DNA of 64,000 nt, taken from NCBI GenBank assembly GCA_947259725.1, contig CAMYNM010000020.1:18584-82583 (forward strand), written 5' to 3'. The notes beneath the pieces were generated by a model. That model ran no database searches and had not been told where the DNA came from. It saw only the letters and a program-made list of their open reading frames with translations. Of this stretch, positions 19,788 through 29,807 are shown piece by piece (position 1 is the stretch's first letter; every line of letters begins with the position of its first letter). A program made the position numbers and the translations under genes. The DNA is from Thermoanaerobaculia bacterium. Its GTDB lineage: Bacteria > Acidobacteriota > Thermoanaerobaculia > Multivoradales > JAHEKO01.

Positions 19788-20525
19788 ATGCCGACAAGGA
19801 ACTTCGCGCACAGCAACAACCCGGGTTTCTCCTGCGCCGAGCGCGTGCTGGTTCTGCCCTTCGGCCGGGAGTCGTACCTGCCGGCGATCGTCGAGCGTTT
19901 GAGCGGCCGGGCCGTGTCGATGGACGAGACTACCGATCGGATTGTCTATCGGCTCGAGGCGGGTGAGCGGCCGGTGACGCTGGTCTATACGGGGATGGGC
20001 GGTCCCGCGACCGCCAACGGTCTCGAGATGATCGCCGCCAACGGCGGGCGCCTCGTGGTTCTGTTCGGCGCCTGCGGAGGCGTGATCCCAAAAGTTGGGG
20101 TTGGCGACCTGATCGTCGCGGCCGACGCGGTGCGGGGCGAAGGTACGTCGCGCTACTACGCGGCGGAGGACGTACCGGCGGTGTGCGATCCGGACCTGTC
20201 CGAGGCGCTGTGGACCGCGGCGCGAGCGAGCGGCCACGAGTCGGTGCACCGGGGTCTGGTGTATACGACCGATGCCGGCTACCGCCAGGGCGCCGAGATA
20301 TACGACGGCCGCCACGGGCGGGTCCTGGGCGTCGAGTGCGAGTGTTCGGCGGCGGCGATCGTGGCTGGTGAGCTCGATCTGGCGCTGGGGACGATCCTTT
20401 TTGTGACCGACAATGTCACCCTCTCGGATCGCAACGATAGGCGCTACCGGGGTCTGGGAGACCCACGCGTGCGTGCCGGTTTCGAGGCGGGTCTCGGCGC
20501 CGCGGTCGCCGCACTGGGCGCCTAG
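19788..20525 (+). CDS. Nucleoside phosphorylase (PNP/UDP family)
   Basis: GMGGP, GACGG, GDLIV, RGEGTS.YY, TTDA.YR, VECE. Confidence 0.85.
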   Translation: MPTRNFAHSNNPGFSCAERVLVLPFGRESYLPAIVERLSGRAVSMDETTDRIVYRLEAGERPVTLVYTGMGGPATANGLEMIAANGGRLVVLFGACGGVIPKVGVGDLIVAADAVRGEGTSRYYAAEDVPAVCDPDLSEALWTAARASGHESVHRGLVYTTDAGYRQGAEIYDGRHGRVLGVECECSAAAIVAGELDLALGTILFVTDNVTLSDRNDRRYRGLGDPRVRAGFEAGLGAAVAALGA

Positions 20526-20528
20526 GAG

Positions 20529-20693
20529 CTTGCTGAAAAACGCTGGCAGGCCGCAACCCGAAGGGCGCCAAGGGGTTGCGGCGCATCTGCAGTGTTGCTC
20601 GTCGTCGGCGATGGCACCGCATCGACTCCTCCTCGCGCCTCGCATCTGCACCACAAGCCCTTGGCGCGCGACCCGCCAGGGTTCTTCAGCAAG
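20529..20693. mobile_element. MITE-like non-autonomous element (about 165 bp)
   Basis: 22-bp terminal inverted repeats 20529-20550 / 20672-20693 (3 mismatches; CTTGCTGAAAAAC..); inner IR GCGCCAAGGG / CCCTTGGCGC; left end lies next to the CTAG containing the upstream stop codon. Confidence 0.7.
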
Positions 20694-20761
20694 GTGTGAC
20701 GATTGCGTGGCGGATGCGGCGCGGTGACCGGGGCAGGGTAGAGTAGCCCGGCGATACGATC

Positions 20762-22129
20762 ATGATCACATCCGGTCCCACCTGGCTTCCGCGACTCGGT
20801 TGGACGATCGCCGCGCTTGCGTTCGCGGTCTTCGTCTGGGGGCTCGATCGGCGCAGCGATCTCGAGGCCAAGGGCGACGAGGTGCTTCGGATGCTGTTCG
20901 TGCCGTCGGTCGAGCAGGGGACTCTGGTCGAACGAGCCGACGAGCTCGCCCGGTTCATTCGCCAGGACTCGGGATTGGTGCTGCAGACCGAAGTGCCGAC
21001 GAGCTACGCGGCTGTGATTCAGGCTCTCGGAGCCGAACAGGCGGACGTCGCCTGGATGCCTGCGTTCGCCTACGTGATCGCCCACGGGCGGTACGGGGCT
21101 GAGGCCCGTCTCCAGGTCGTGCGCAGCGCCGAGCGCGACGGCATCCTGGTAGGCCGGAGGGGTGCGGGCGAGCCGGCCGGGCCGGCCGACCTCGCCGGTC
21201 GCGGGGTCGCGATCCCGGAATCGGTGAAAGGCGAGATGCGGACCAAGCTCACCGCGATGCTCGATCGCGAAGCACCGGGATGGACCGAGGTCGCGGCCAA
21301 GAGCGACAAAGCGGCGGTTCGGCTCCTGGTCGAGAGGCCATTCGAGGTCGCCGCGGCGGCTTCGACGCACGTTTTCTCGGGCCCCTACGACCTCATCGGC
21401 GACGGCCGCAAGGAGCTCGAGTATGATTTGCCTGGTACCCTCGAGCGGACGCGGATCATCTACACCACCGACGAGCCGGTGCAGGATCTCGACACGGTCT
21501 ACCGCGGCTGCGTGCTGACGCGCACCGACTCCGGAATCCGGCGCCTGAGCGATCTGACCGGCCGGAGCTTTGCCTTCTCGGACGAGACCTCGACCTCGGG
21601 GCACATCTTTCCGCGCATGCTGCTCGATCGAAACCGCGTTCAGCTCGGGCGAGTCTATTTCGCAGGTGGACACCCCAACGTCGTGCAGGCCGTTTGGGAC
21701 GGGAAGGCGGTCGCCGGGTCGACCTTCTACTCGCCACCCGGCATCAAGCAACGCGAAGAGAAGCTATATGTCGGTGACGCGCGCTACATCATCATGCGTC
21801 GATTCGCGACCGACGAGGAGCGAAGCGATTTCTTGAAGACGGTGCGCATCATCGCGCTGACCGATCCGATTCCGAACGATCTGTGCGCAGTGCGCAAGGG
21901 GCTTCCCGAAGCGACCTGGGCGCGCTTTCTGGACTCATTTCGACGGTATCTCCAGACACCGGAGGGGTCGGACGTCTTCAACGAGCTGCTGACGGCGGTG
22001 AACGTGGCTGAGATCGACGACTCGGCATTCGACGGATTCCGAGCGGCTCTCGAAACGTCGGGTATGAGCGCCGAGGGCCTCATGGACGCGGCCGAGGAGA
22101 AGCTCGAGAAACAGAAACAGGGGTCGTAG
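20762..22129 (+). CDS. phnD: Phosphate/phosphite/phosphonate ABC substrate-binding protein (PhnD-like), elongated
   Basis: FVPS, SYAAVIQAL, DLTGRSFAF..ETSTSG..FP, GGH..VVQAV, IPND; N-terminal TM anchor. Confidence 0.82.
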   Translation: MITSGPTWLPRLGWTIAALAFAVFVWGLDRRSDLEAKGDEVLRMLFVPSVEQGTLVERADELARFIRQDSGLVLQTEVPTSYAAVIQALGAEQADVAWMPAFAYVIAHGRYGAEARLQVVRSAERDGILVGRRGAGEPAGPADLAGRGVAIPESVKGEMRTKLTAMLDREAPGWTEVAAKSDKAAVRLLVERPFEVAAAASTHVFSGPYDLIGDGRKELEYDLPGTLERTRIIYTTDEPVQDLDTVYRGCVLTRTDSGIRRLSDLTGRSFAFSDETSTSGHIFPRMLLDRNRVQLGRVYFAGGHPNVVQAVWDGKAVAGSTFYSPPGIKQREEKLYVGDARYIIMRRFATDEERSDFLKTVRIIALTDPIPNDLCAVRKGLPEATWARFLDSFRRYLQTPEGSDVFNELLTAVNVAEIDDSAFDGFRAALETSGMSAEGLMDAAEEKLEKQKQGS

Positions 22130-22132
22130 CGC

Positions 22133-22933
22133 GTGCGTGGTAGCAACAACATCGCCGTTCGCATCGAGAATCTGACCAAGATTTTTCCGGGTCCGGTGCT
22201 GGCGCTGGACGATGTATCGCTCGAAGTGAACGAAGGCGAGTTCCTGGTCGCTATCGGCCTGTCGGGCTCCGGTAAGTCGACTCTCTTGCGGTGCATCAAC
22301 CGTCTGCACGATCCAACCCAGGGGCGAGTCTGGGTGTTCGGCAACGAGATGACCGGCGCTCAGGGGACCGAGCTGCGTAAGCTCCGGGCTCAGATCGGCA
22401 TGATTTTTCAGCAGTTCAATCTGGTCAAACGCCACACGGTGATGGCCAACGTGCTCTCGGGTGCGTTGGGTCGTACGTCGCTGGTTCGCAGCCTGACGAT
22501 GCGCTACTCGGAAGAGGAGGTCGCCCGCGCGCAGGCCTGCCTGGACCGCGTCGGGCTGGGCACCCGCGGCGGGAGCCGCGCCGACGCTCTCTCGGGCGGC
22601 CAGCAGCAACGGGTTGCCGTCGCGCGCGCCCTCATGCAGGGTCCCAAGTTGTTTCTGGCCGACGAGCCGGTAGCGTCGCTCGATCCGGCTCTGCGGCACT
22701 CGGTGATGCGCCACCTCGAGGCCTTGAATCGGGAAGAGGGGCTGACCGTGGTGTGCACGCTGCACGATATCGATCTCATCAAGCGCTACGCCACACGGCT
22801 GATCGCCTTGCGCGACGGCCGGCTGGTCTACGAAGGCGATCCCCAGGGCTTCAACGCGCAGACCTTCAAGGACATCTACGGCGAGGACGCCGAGCCGACG
22901 ACCGGTTTGTCTCAGACCGGGCAGGCCGGGTAG
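22133..22933 (+). CDS. phnC: Phosphonate-type ABC ATP-binding protein
   Basis: GLSGSGKST, IGMIFQQFNLV, NVLSGALG, LSGGQQQRV, LADEPVASLDP. Confidence 0.92.
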   Translation: MRGSNNIAVRIENLTKIFPGPVLALDDVSLEVNEGEFLVAIGLSGSGKSTLLRCINRLHDPTQGRVWVFGNEMTGAQGTELRKLRAQIGMIFQQFNLVKRHTVMANVLSGALGRTSLVRSLTMRYSEEEVARAQACLDRVGLGTRGGSRADALSGGQQQRVAVARALMQGPKLFLADEPVASLDPALRHSVMRHLEALNREEGLTVVCTLHDIDLIKRYATRLIALRDGRLVYEGDPQGFNAQTFKDIYGEDAEPTTGLSQTGQAG

Positions 22934-22939
22934 AGCAGC

Positions 22940-24016
22940 ATGCGTAGAGAGACCGAAAAAGTGGCGTGGAAGAGGGGGCTGGCGGCGGTTCAGGCGTTTC
23001 TGATCGATGCCACTTTGCTCTGGCTCGGAATTCTGATGGTCGAGTTTCTGATGATCGCATTTTCCGGCCGGCGCAGCCCGACCGGTTTTCTGCTCCCCGC
23101 CGAGGAGATTCTGGATCTTCTCCACTACGGACGGGCGGTGATTGGAGCGGGCCTCGTTGCGCTGCTATGGGGGCGAGCTCGCGGCGACGTCACGGTCTCA
23201 GCCGGCCACGCGATGATCTACGGAGTCGACGACCAGGGGCCGCCGTGGACGCGAACGGTGCGTGGCTGGTTCGCGTTTCTCCTCGCCGAGGTCACCTTCT
23301 TCACCGGTTGGCTCATCACCGAGGTGCAGCTGGTCCAGTTCTTGACCCAGTTCAACAAGGCCCAAGACATTGTTCGCGGACTGGTCAACCCGTCGTCGGC
23401 GGTGCTCCACCAGGGCATGGTGCTGCTGGTCCAGACGATTTTTCTCGCGTTCATGGCGACCGCCTTCGCGATTCCGGTCGCCTTCGTGATTTCGTTCATG
23501 GCCGCCCGCAATCTGACCCGCGGGACCTTCTGGTCGCGTACGCTTTATACGCTCACCCGTACGGCGATGAACCTGACCCGGGCGGTCGAGCCCCTGGTCT
23601 GGGCGCTGATTTTCATTTCCTGGGTCGGTATCGGTCCGTTCGCTGGAGTTCTCGCCCTATGGGTGCACTCGGTCGCGGCGCTCACCAAGCTCTACTCCGA
23701 GCAGATCGAGAACATCGACACCGGACCGGTGGACGCGATCACCGCCACCGGCGGTTCGATGCTGCAGGTGATGCGCTATGGCGTCGTTCCCCAGGTGATC
23801 CCGCCGTTTCTGTCGTTCACCATCTACCGGTGGGACATCAATGTCCGGATGTCGACGATCATCGGCTTCGTCGGCGGCGGCGGTATCGGCTACATCCTGA
23901 AACCGAGGGTCGATCTCGGCCAGTGGGGCGAGGTCGGAACCCTGGTTCTGCTGATCGCGGTCACCGTCTGGGGCATGGACATCCTGTCCGCCAAGATCCG
24001 TGAGCGGATCGTATAG
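22940..24016 (+). CDS. phnE: Phosphonate-type ABC permease with N-terminal extension
   Basis: VGIGPFAG.LAL, KLYSEQIE.ID.GP, YRWDINVR.STIIG.VGGGGIG. Confidence 0.92.
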   Translation: MRRETEKVAWKRGLAAVQAFLIDATLLWLGILMVEFLMIAFSGRRSPTGFLLPAEEILDLLHYGRAVIGAGLVALLWGRARGDVTVSAGHAMIYGVDDQGPPWTRTVRGWFAFLLAEVTFFTGWLITEVQLVQFLTQFNKAQDIVRGLVNPSSAVLHQGMVLLVQTIFLAFMATAFAIPVAFVISFMAARNLTRGTFWSRTLYTLTRTAMNLTRAVEPLVWALIFISWVGIGPFAGVLALWVHSVAALTKLYSEQIENIDTGPVDAITATGGSMLQVMRYGVVPQVIPPFLSFTIYRWDINVRMSTIIGFVGGGGIGYILKPRVDLGQWGEVGTLVLLIAVTVWGMDILSAKIRERIV

Positions 24017-24116
24017 CCGGTGCGCAAGTAACTGCTTCCAAGAGCCTTACGGATTTCTGCCGGCCCGGCCCTGCGGTAGGATCCGGCCTGCGGTACGGAC
24101 CCAAGAGGAGCGAGTT

Positions 24117-24965
24117 ATGAGATGGCGGGGACAGAGAACCAGCACCAACGTAGAAGATCGCCGCCGGGGTGGCGGCGCCATGGTTCGCCGTGGCGCGCCG
24201 ATAGGATGTGGCGGCCTACTCGTGATCCTGCTGCTGTCCTGGATGTTCGGTCAGGATCCGCAGCAGATGGTCGAGGTGATTCAGGACGCCCAGGTCGGCC
24301 AGGGGATGCCGGCTCCCGGGCCGACGGAGGCCGGCCCGCCGCGGGACGAGCTGGGCCAGTTCGCTTCGGTCGTCCTGGCCGATACCGAGACGACTTGGAA
24401 CGAGCTTCTTGGAACCGGCTATCGCGAGCCGACCATGGTGCTTTTCTCCGGCCAGGTGCGATCCGCATGCGGCTTCAACACCGCCGCGGCCGGTCCGTTC
24501 TACTGCCCCGCGGACAGCAAGGTGTATCTGGACCTTAGCTTTTTCAATCAACTCGAGCGGCGGTTTGGAGCTCCGGGCGATTTCGCTCAGGCCTACGTCA
24601 TTGCCCACGAGGTCGGTCATCACATCCAGAATCAGATGGGTATCAGCGAGCAGGTGCAGCGCGCTCGCCAGCAGGTCTCCCGTGAGCAGGGCAACGAGCT
24701 CTCGGTTCGGCTCGAGCTTCAGGCCGATTGCCTGGCGGGCGTCTGGGGGCACCATGCCAAACGCCAGCGCAACCTGATCGAGCCGGGTGATTTCGAGGAA
24801 GGCCTCAAGGCTGCGGCCGCGATCGGCGACGACGCGATTCAGCGCCAGAGCACGGGCTCGGTGCGGCCGGAGTCATGGACCCACGGCTCGTCCGAGCAGC
24901 GCCAGCGCTGGCTCTACCGGGGCCTCGAGACCGGCGACCCCAGCGCCTGCGATACGTTCGGATAG
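24117..24965 (+). CDS. Neutral zinc metallopeptidase (YpfJ-like)
   Basis: MRW...R.S.NVEDRR, GPFYCP.D, AYVIAHEVGHH, ELQADC, SWTHGSS; GAGGAG RBS. Confidence 0.92.
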   Translation: MRWRGQRTSTNVEDRRRGGGAMVRRGAPIGCGGLLVILLLSWMFGQDPQQMVEVIQDAQVGQGMPAPGPTEAGPPRDELGQFASVVLADTETTWNELLGTGYREPTMVLFSGQVRSACGFNTAAAGPFYCPADSKVYLDLSFFNQLERRFGAPGDFAQAYVIAHEVGHHIQNQMGISEQVQRARQQVSREQGNELSVRLELQADCLAGVWGHHAKRQRNLIEPGDFEEGLKAAAAIGDDAIQRQSTGSVRPESWTHGSSEQRQRWLYRGLETGDPSACDTFG

Positions 24966-24968
24966 CCC

Positions 24969-26168
24969 CTAGCCCGGCAGCAGAAGGACTTCGCAGTCCT
25001 CGCCGGGCGCGGCCGGCTGCGAGCGGGCTCGCACCCGGACCAGGGCCGAGCCGTGTCCGTACGCGATGACGTCGTGGGAGCCCTTTGGTGGCCGTGGTGT
25101 CGCCAGGATCCGGCCCTCGCCGATCTCGATCGAAGCGGCGAGAAAACGATCTCGGTCTTTGGCGCCGGGCAGAGGCGCTGCGAGCTCCGCACGAAGAGCT
25201 CCGTGCCAGAACCCGTCCTCGAAGCCCATCAGCCGCCTCAAGAAGGGTCTGACGAAGAGCCAGAAGCAGACCATCGCCGAGGCCGGGTTGCCGGGCAGGC
25301 CGAAGACCCACCCCCGCTCGTGCCGCGCCGCCACCAGGGGCTTGCCTGGCTGGATCGCGACCGAGTCGAAGAGTGTTTCGCAGCCGTGGCTTGCGAGAAC
25401 ATCTTCGACCAGATCGAAGATGCCCTTCGAGACGCCGCCCGAGATCAAGAGCACCTCATGCTCGAGGCCTTTGGCGATCGAGCGCGAGAGGTCGGGAAGA
25501 TCGTCGCGAGCGATACCCAGGGCGCTGAAGTCGAGGTTGAGGGTTGTGCCGGCGGCGAGCAGAAAATCCGTGTGGGTGTCGCGGAGCTGCCCGGGCTCGA
25601 GGCGCTGCTCGGGAGGTCGGATCTCGTCACCGGTCGCGAGGGTTGCGACGCGGGGGGCCGAGTGCACCGCAAGCTCATGGACGCCGTGCGCGGCCAGCAG
25701 ACCGAGAACCGCCGGGTTGGTGGGTGTTCCGGCGGCCAGAATCTCGTCTCCCGACCGGACGACCTCGCCATGGCGCCGGATGTGGGCGCCTGATTCGGAG
25801 GCCGCCGTGAAGCGGACGATCTTGGAGCCCGCGTCGGTTTGTTCGACCGGGACGACCGCCTCGGTGCCCGACGGCACCGGCGCGCCGGTCATAATCCGGA
25901 CGGCGGTATGCGGTTCCAACCGGTGGCCGGGCCGATCCCCGGCCGCGATGGTGGCGGTCACCGGGAGAGTCTCGTCGGGCTCGACCGGGTCGGCGATGGC
26001 GTAGCCGTCCATCGCCGACATATCGCAGGGCGGCAGATCGACGTCGGCGTAGACGGCCTCCGCAAGAACGCGGCCCAAGGCCTGTCTGCGGGCGACAGGC
26101 TCGGATCGCAGCGGCACCAATCCCCGGGCGAGCCGGCGCCAGGCGTCTTCGGGAGAGAGGATCGGCAT
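24969..26168 (-). CDS. moeA: Molybdopterin molybdotransferase (gephyrin-like)
   Basis: GRVLAE, SAMDGYA, RIMTGAP.P, TGDE, SGGVS.G, QPGKP, LPGNP. Confidence 0.95.
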   Translation of the reverse strand: MPILSPEDAWRRLARGLVPLRSEPVARRQALGRVLAEAVYADVDLPPCDMSAMDGYAIADPVEPDETLPVTATIAAGDRPGHRLEPHTAVRIMTGAPVPSGTEAVVPVEQTDAGSKIVRFTAASESGAHIRRHGEVVRSGDEILAAGTPTNPAVLGLLAAHGVHELAVHSAPRVATLATGDEIRPPEQRLEPGQLRDTHTDFLLAAGTTLNLDFSALGIARDDLPDLSRSIAKGLEHEVLLISGGVSKGIFDLVEDVLASHGCETLFDSVAIQPGKPLVAARHERGWVFGLPGNPASAMVCFWLFVRPFLRRLMGFEDGFWHGALRAELAAPLPGAKDRDRFLAASIEIGEGRILATPRPPKGSHDVIAYGHGSALVRVRARSQPAAPGEDCEVLLLPG

Positions 26169-26279
26169 GATGGGAACGCTACCAGTGTCTGGCCTCGAAC
26201 CGGCCGCCGGTTCGAGGCGGTGCTATATTGAACGCACTATTCGACTTCAAGAGCAGCCATTTTTGCAGATCCGTCAGCG

Positions 26280-27068
26280 ATGAATCGCAAGTTCGAGTAT
26301 CGAGCCAGTCTACGGGAAGTGACTCTTCCCGAGATGCTTTACACCATTCATCGGTTCAGGGTTCCCGGCGTCATCGAAGCCAGGCAGGACTCGGTCGTCA
26401 AGAAAGTTGTGCTCCAGGATGGCGTCATCGTGCACGCCACCTCGACGGACCTTCGGGACAGCCTCGGCGAGCACCTCAAGCGAACCGGCAAGCTTTCAGA
26501 GGCCGACTACGAGCATGTCGCCGGCGCACGGATGGCGGGAGAGAAGCGATTCGGAGTGCTCCTGCTCGAGCTCGGAATGCTCACGCCCCGCGAGGTCTAC
26601 GACGCGATTCAGGCTCATGTCGAGGAGATCGTCTGGAGCCTCTTCTACTGGCGGGACGGCGAAGTGACCTTCAATGTGGGCGAGAGCGAGGGCTTTCAGC
26701 GAGTGCGCATTCAGCTGCCGTTGCGAAGAGTCATCTTCGAGGGGATTCGAAGGGCCCCCGAGGCCAAGCCCCTGGTGGAGAGGCTCGGCAAGCGCTCGAC
26801 GGTGTTCGAAGCCTGCTTCCAGTGGGAAGACCTGATCGAGGTCGGGCTGGACGCAGATGCGTATCGGCTCTTGATCGAGGTGGACGCCGTCAGGTCACTC
26901 TACGACCTGTGCTCGCTCGAGCCGTTGAGCGCGGCCGAGAACGCCAAGCTCCTATATGCTTTTCAGGTATTGCATCTCGTACGGCGACGGGAGGTTGGCG
27001 CGTCTGCCGATGCCGGCCAGCCGGTCAAAGTGCAACTCAAGCCGCAAAACGATATCTTCCCTGGTTGA
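26280..27068 (+). CDS. DUF4388 domain-containing protein
   Basis: SL.E..LPE.L, G.IVHA.S....SLG..L, LF.W.DG...F pattern. Confidence 0.75.
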   Translation: MNRKFEYRASLREVTLPEMLYTIHRFRVPGVIEARQDSVVKKVVLQDGVIVHATSTDLRDSLGEHLKRTGKLSEADYEHVAGARMAGEKRFGVLLLELGMLTPREVYDAIQAHVEEIVWSLFYWRDGEVTFNVGESEGFQRVRIQLPLRRVIFEGIRRAPEAKPLVERLGKRSTVFEACFQWEDLIEVGLDADAYRLLIEVDAVRSLYDLCSLEPLSAAENAKLLYAFQVLHLVRRREVGASADAGQPVKVQLKPQNDIFPG

Positions 27069-27095
27069 GAGCCCGGGCGGCTCGGAGTTTCATCT

Positions 27096-27434
27096 ATGCC
27101 GATTTTCGAGTACGAGTGCACCGACTGCGGCGAGCGAGTCGAGCATCTCCAGCTCAGCTCTGATGCTCCACTCGCCGAGTGCCCCGAGTGTGGGGGGGCG
27201 GTGCGCAAGCTCATGTCCGCGCCGGCCTTTCAGTTCAAGGGTACCGGCTGGTATGTGACCGACTATGCCGGCAAGGGCAAGCCGTCTTCCAATGGCGGCG
27301 GGTCGGCGAGCTCGAGCACCGACAAGAAGGCTGACAAGGAAGGGTCGAAGACGGCGAAGTCGAGTGATTCCGACGGGTCGAAGTCGGGATCGTCGAGCGT
27401 TTCGCCCGCCAAACCGTCCGCGACCTCCGATTGA
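27096..27434 (+). CDS. FmdB family zinc-ribbon protein
   Basis: [27 protein letters not shown] plus low-complexity tail. Confidence 0.92.
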   Translation: MPIFEYECTDCGERVEHLQLSSDAPLAECPECGGAVRKLMSAPAFQFKGTGWYVTDYAGKGKPSSNGGGSASSSTDKKADKEGSKTAKSSDSDGSKSGSSSVSPAKPSATSD

Positions 27435-27448
27435 CCTGGGGATTCGAC

Positions 27449-28309
27449 GTGAGCCTGCCCACAGTTTCCGACGTCTTGAAGGAGGCGGAGCGGAGTGTGT
27501 GCGAAAGCGGAAGGGCGGCGCTTTGCCAGGTGGTGCGAACCGAGGGATCGAGTCCGGGCAAGGCCGGCTGGAAGCTTTTGGTGCGCCCGGACGGCTCGGC
27601 CTTCGGGAATCTGGGCGGCGGCGCTTTTGAGGCCCTGGTCAAGAGAGACGCCTTCGAGAAACTGGGCGAAGCCGGGCCCCGAGCCGAGGTCAAGCGGTAC
27701 TATCTGACCGAGACCGCCGTTCGGGGAGAAGCGACCGGGATGGTCTGTGGCGGCTTCGTGGAGGTTTTTCTGGAAGTTCTGTCGTCGAGGCCTTTGCTGG
27801 TGATCTGCGGGGGCGGCCCGGTTGGGCAGGCTCTGGCGCGTAACGCCGTGCTATGCGGATTCGAGGTCATGGTCGCCGACGATCGTGAGGAGTTCCGCCG
27901 GCCTGAGTTGTTCCCCGCGGGTACCGAGATCGCGGCGATCGATCTCCGCGACGATCGGCCGTTACTCGCGACCGCAGGGGATCGCGAGGTCTTCGCTGCC
28001 GTGGTGAGCCGCTGCTGGGAAACCGACCTGGCAGCCATGGCCTCGATTCTGACCGAGCCGCCGAGGCGGCTGGTTTACCTTGGCTTGATGGGGAGCGCGC
28101 GCAAGGTCAAACGCGTCCTCGGAGAGTTGCGCGATCGAGGCCTGAGCCCCGACCCGGCCGTGCTCCGCGCGCCCATCGGGCTCGAGATCGGGGCCGGCGA
28201 GCCCGGTGAGTTGGCGGTTTCCATCCTGGCCGAGATGATCCCGGTTCGACGGGCCGCTGCCGGCAAGGACGCGGCTCGAGAGATCGCCTCGAAGCGTCGC
28301 GCCGGCTGA
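27449..28309 (+). CDS. XdhC/CoxI family molybdo-enzyme accessory protein
   Basis: GSSPGKAG.K, GNLGGG..E, GMVCGG, GGGPV, YLG.MGS, APIGL.IGA..P.E.AVSI.AE. Start GTG 27449 or TTG 27431. Confidence 0.9.
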   Translation: MSLPTVSDVLKEAERSVCESGRAALCQVVRTEGSSPGKAGWKLLVRPDGSAFGNLGGGAFEALVKRDAFEKLGEAGPRAEVKRYYLTETAVRGEATGMVCGGFVEVFLEVLSSRPLLVICGGGPVGQALARNAVLCGFEVMVADDREEFRRPELFPAGTEIAAIDLRDDRPLLATAGDREVFAAVVSRCWETDLAAMASILTEPPRRLVYLGLMGSARKVKRVLGELRDRGLSPDPAVLRAPIGLEIGAGEPGELAVSILAEMIPVRRAAAGKDAAREIASKRRAG

Positions 28310-28385
28310 TCGATTCGACGAGGAGCAGCGCCGCCCAGCGGGATGCAGTGTCGCTCGAATGTAAGCGAACCCGCCATACGGAAGG

Positions 28386-29801
<1,416 letters not shown>

Positions 29802-29807
29802 GGCTGT

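Noticed and set aside
19686..20654. Long N-terminal extension of the 612-aa ORF 18816..20654
   Set aside because: It is the antisense of the nucleoside phosphorylase plus MITE sequence; the EamA protein starts at 19685.
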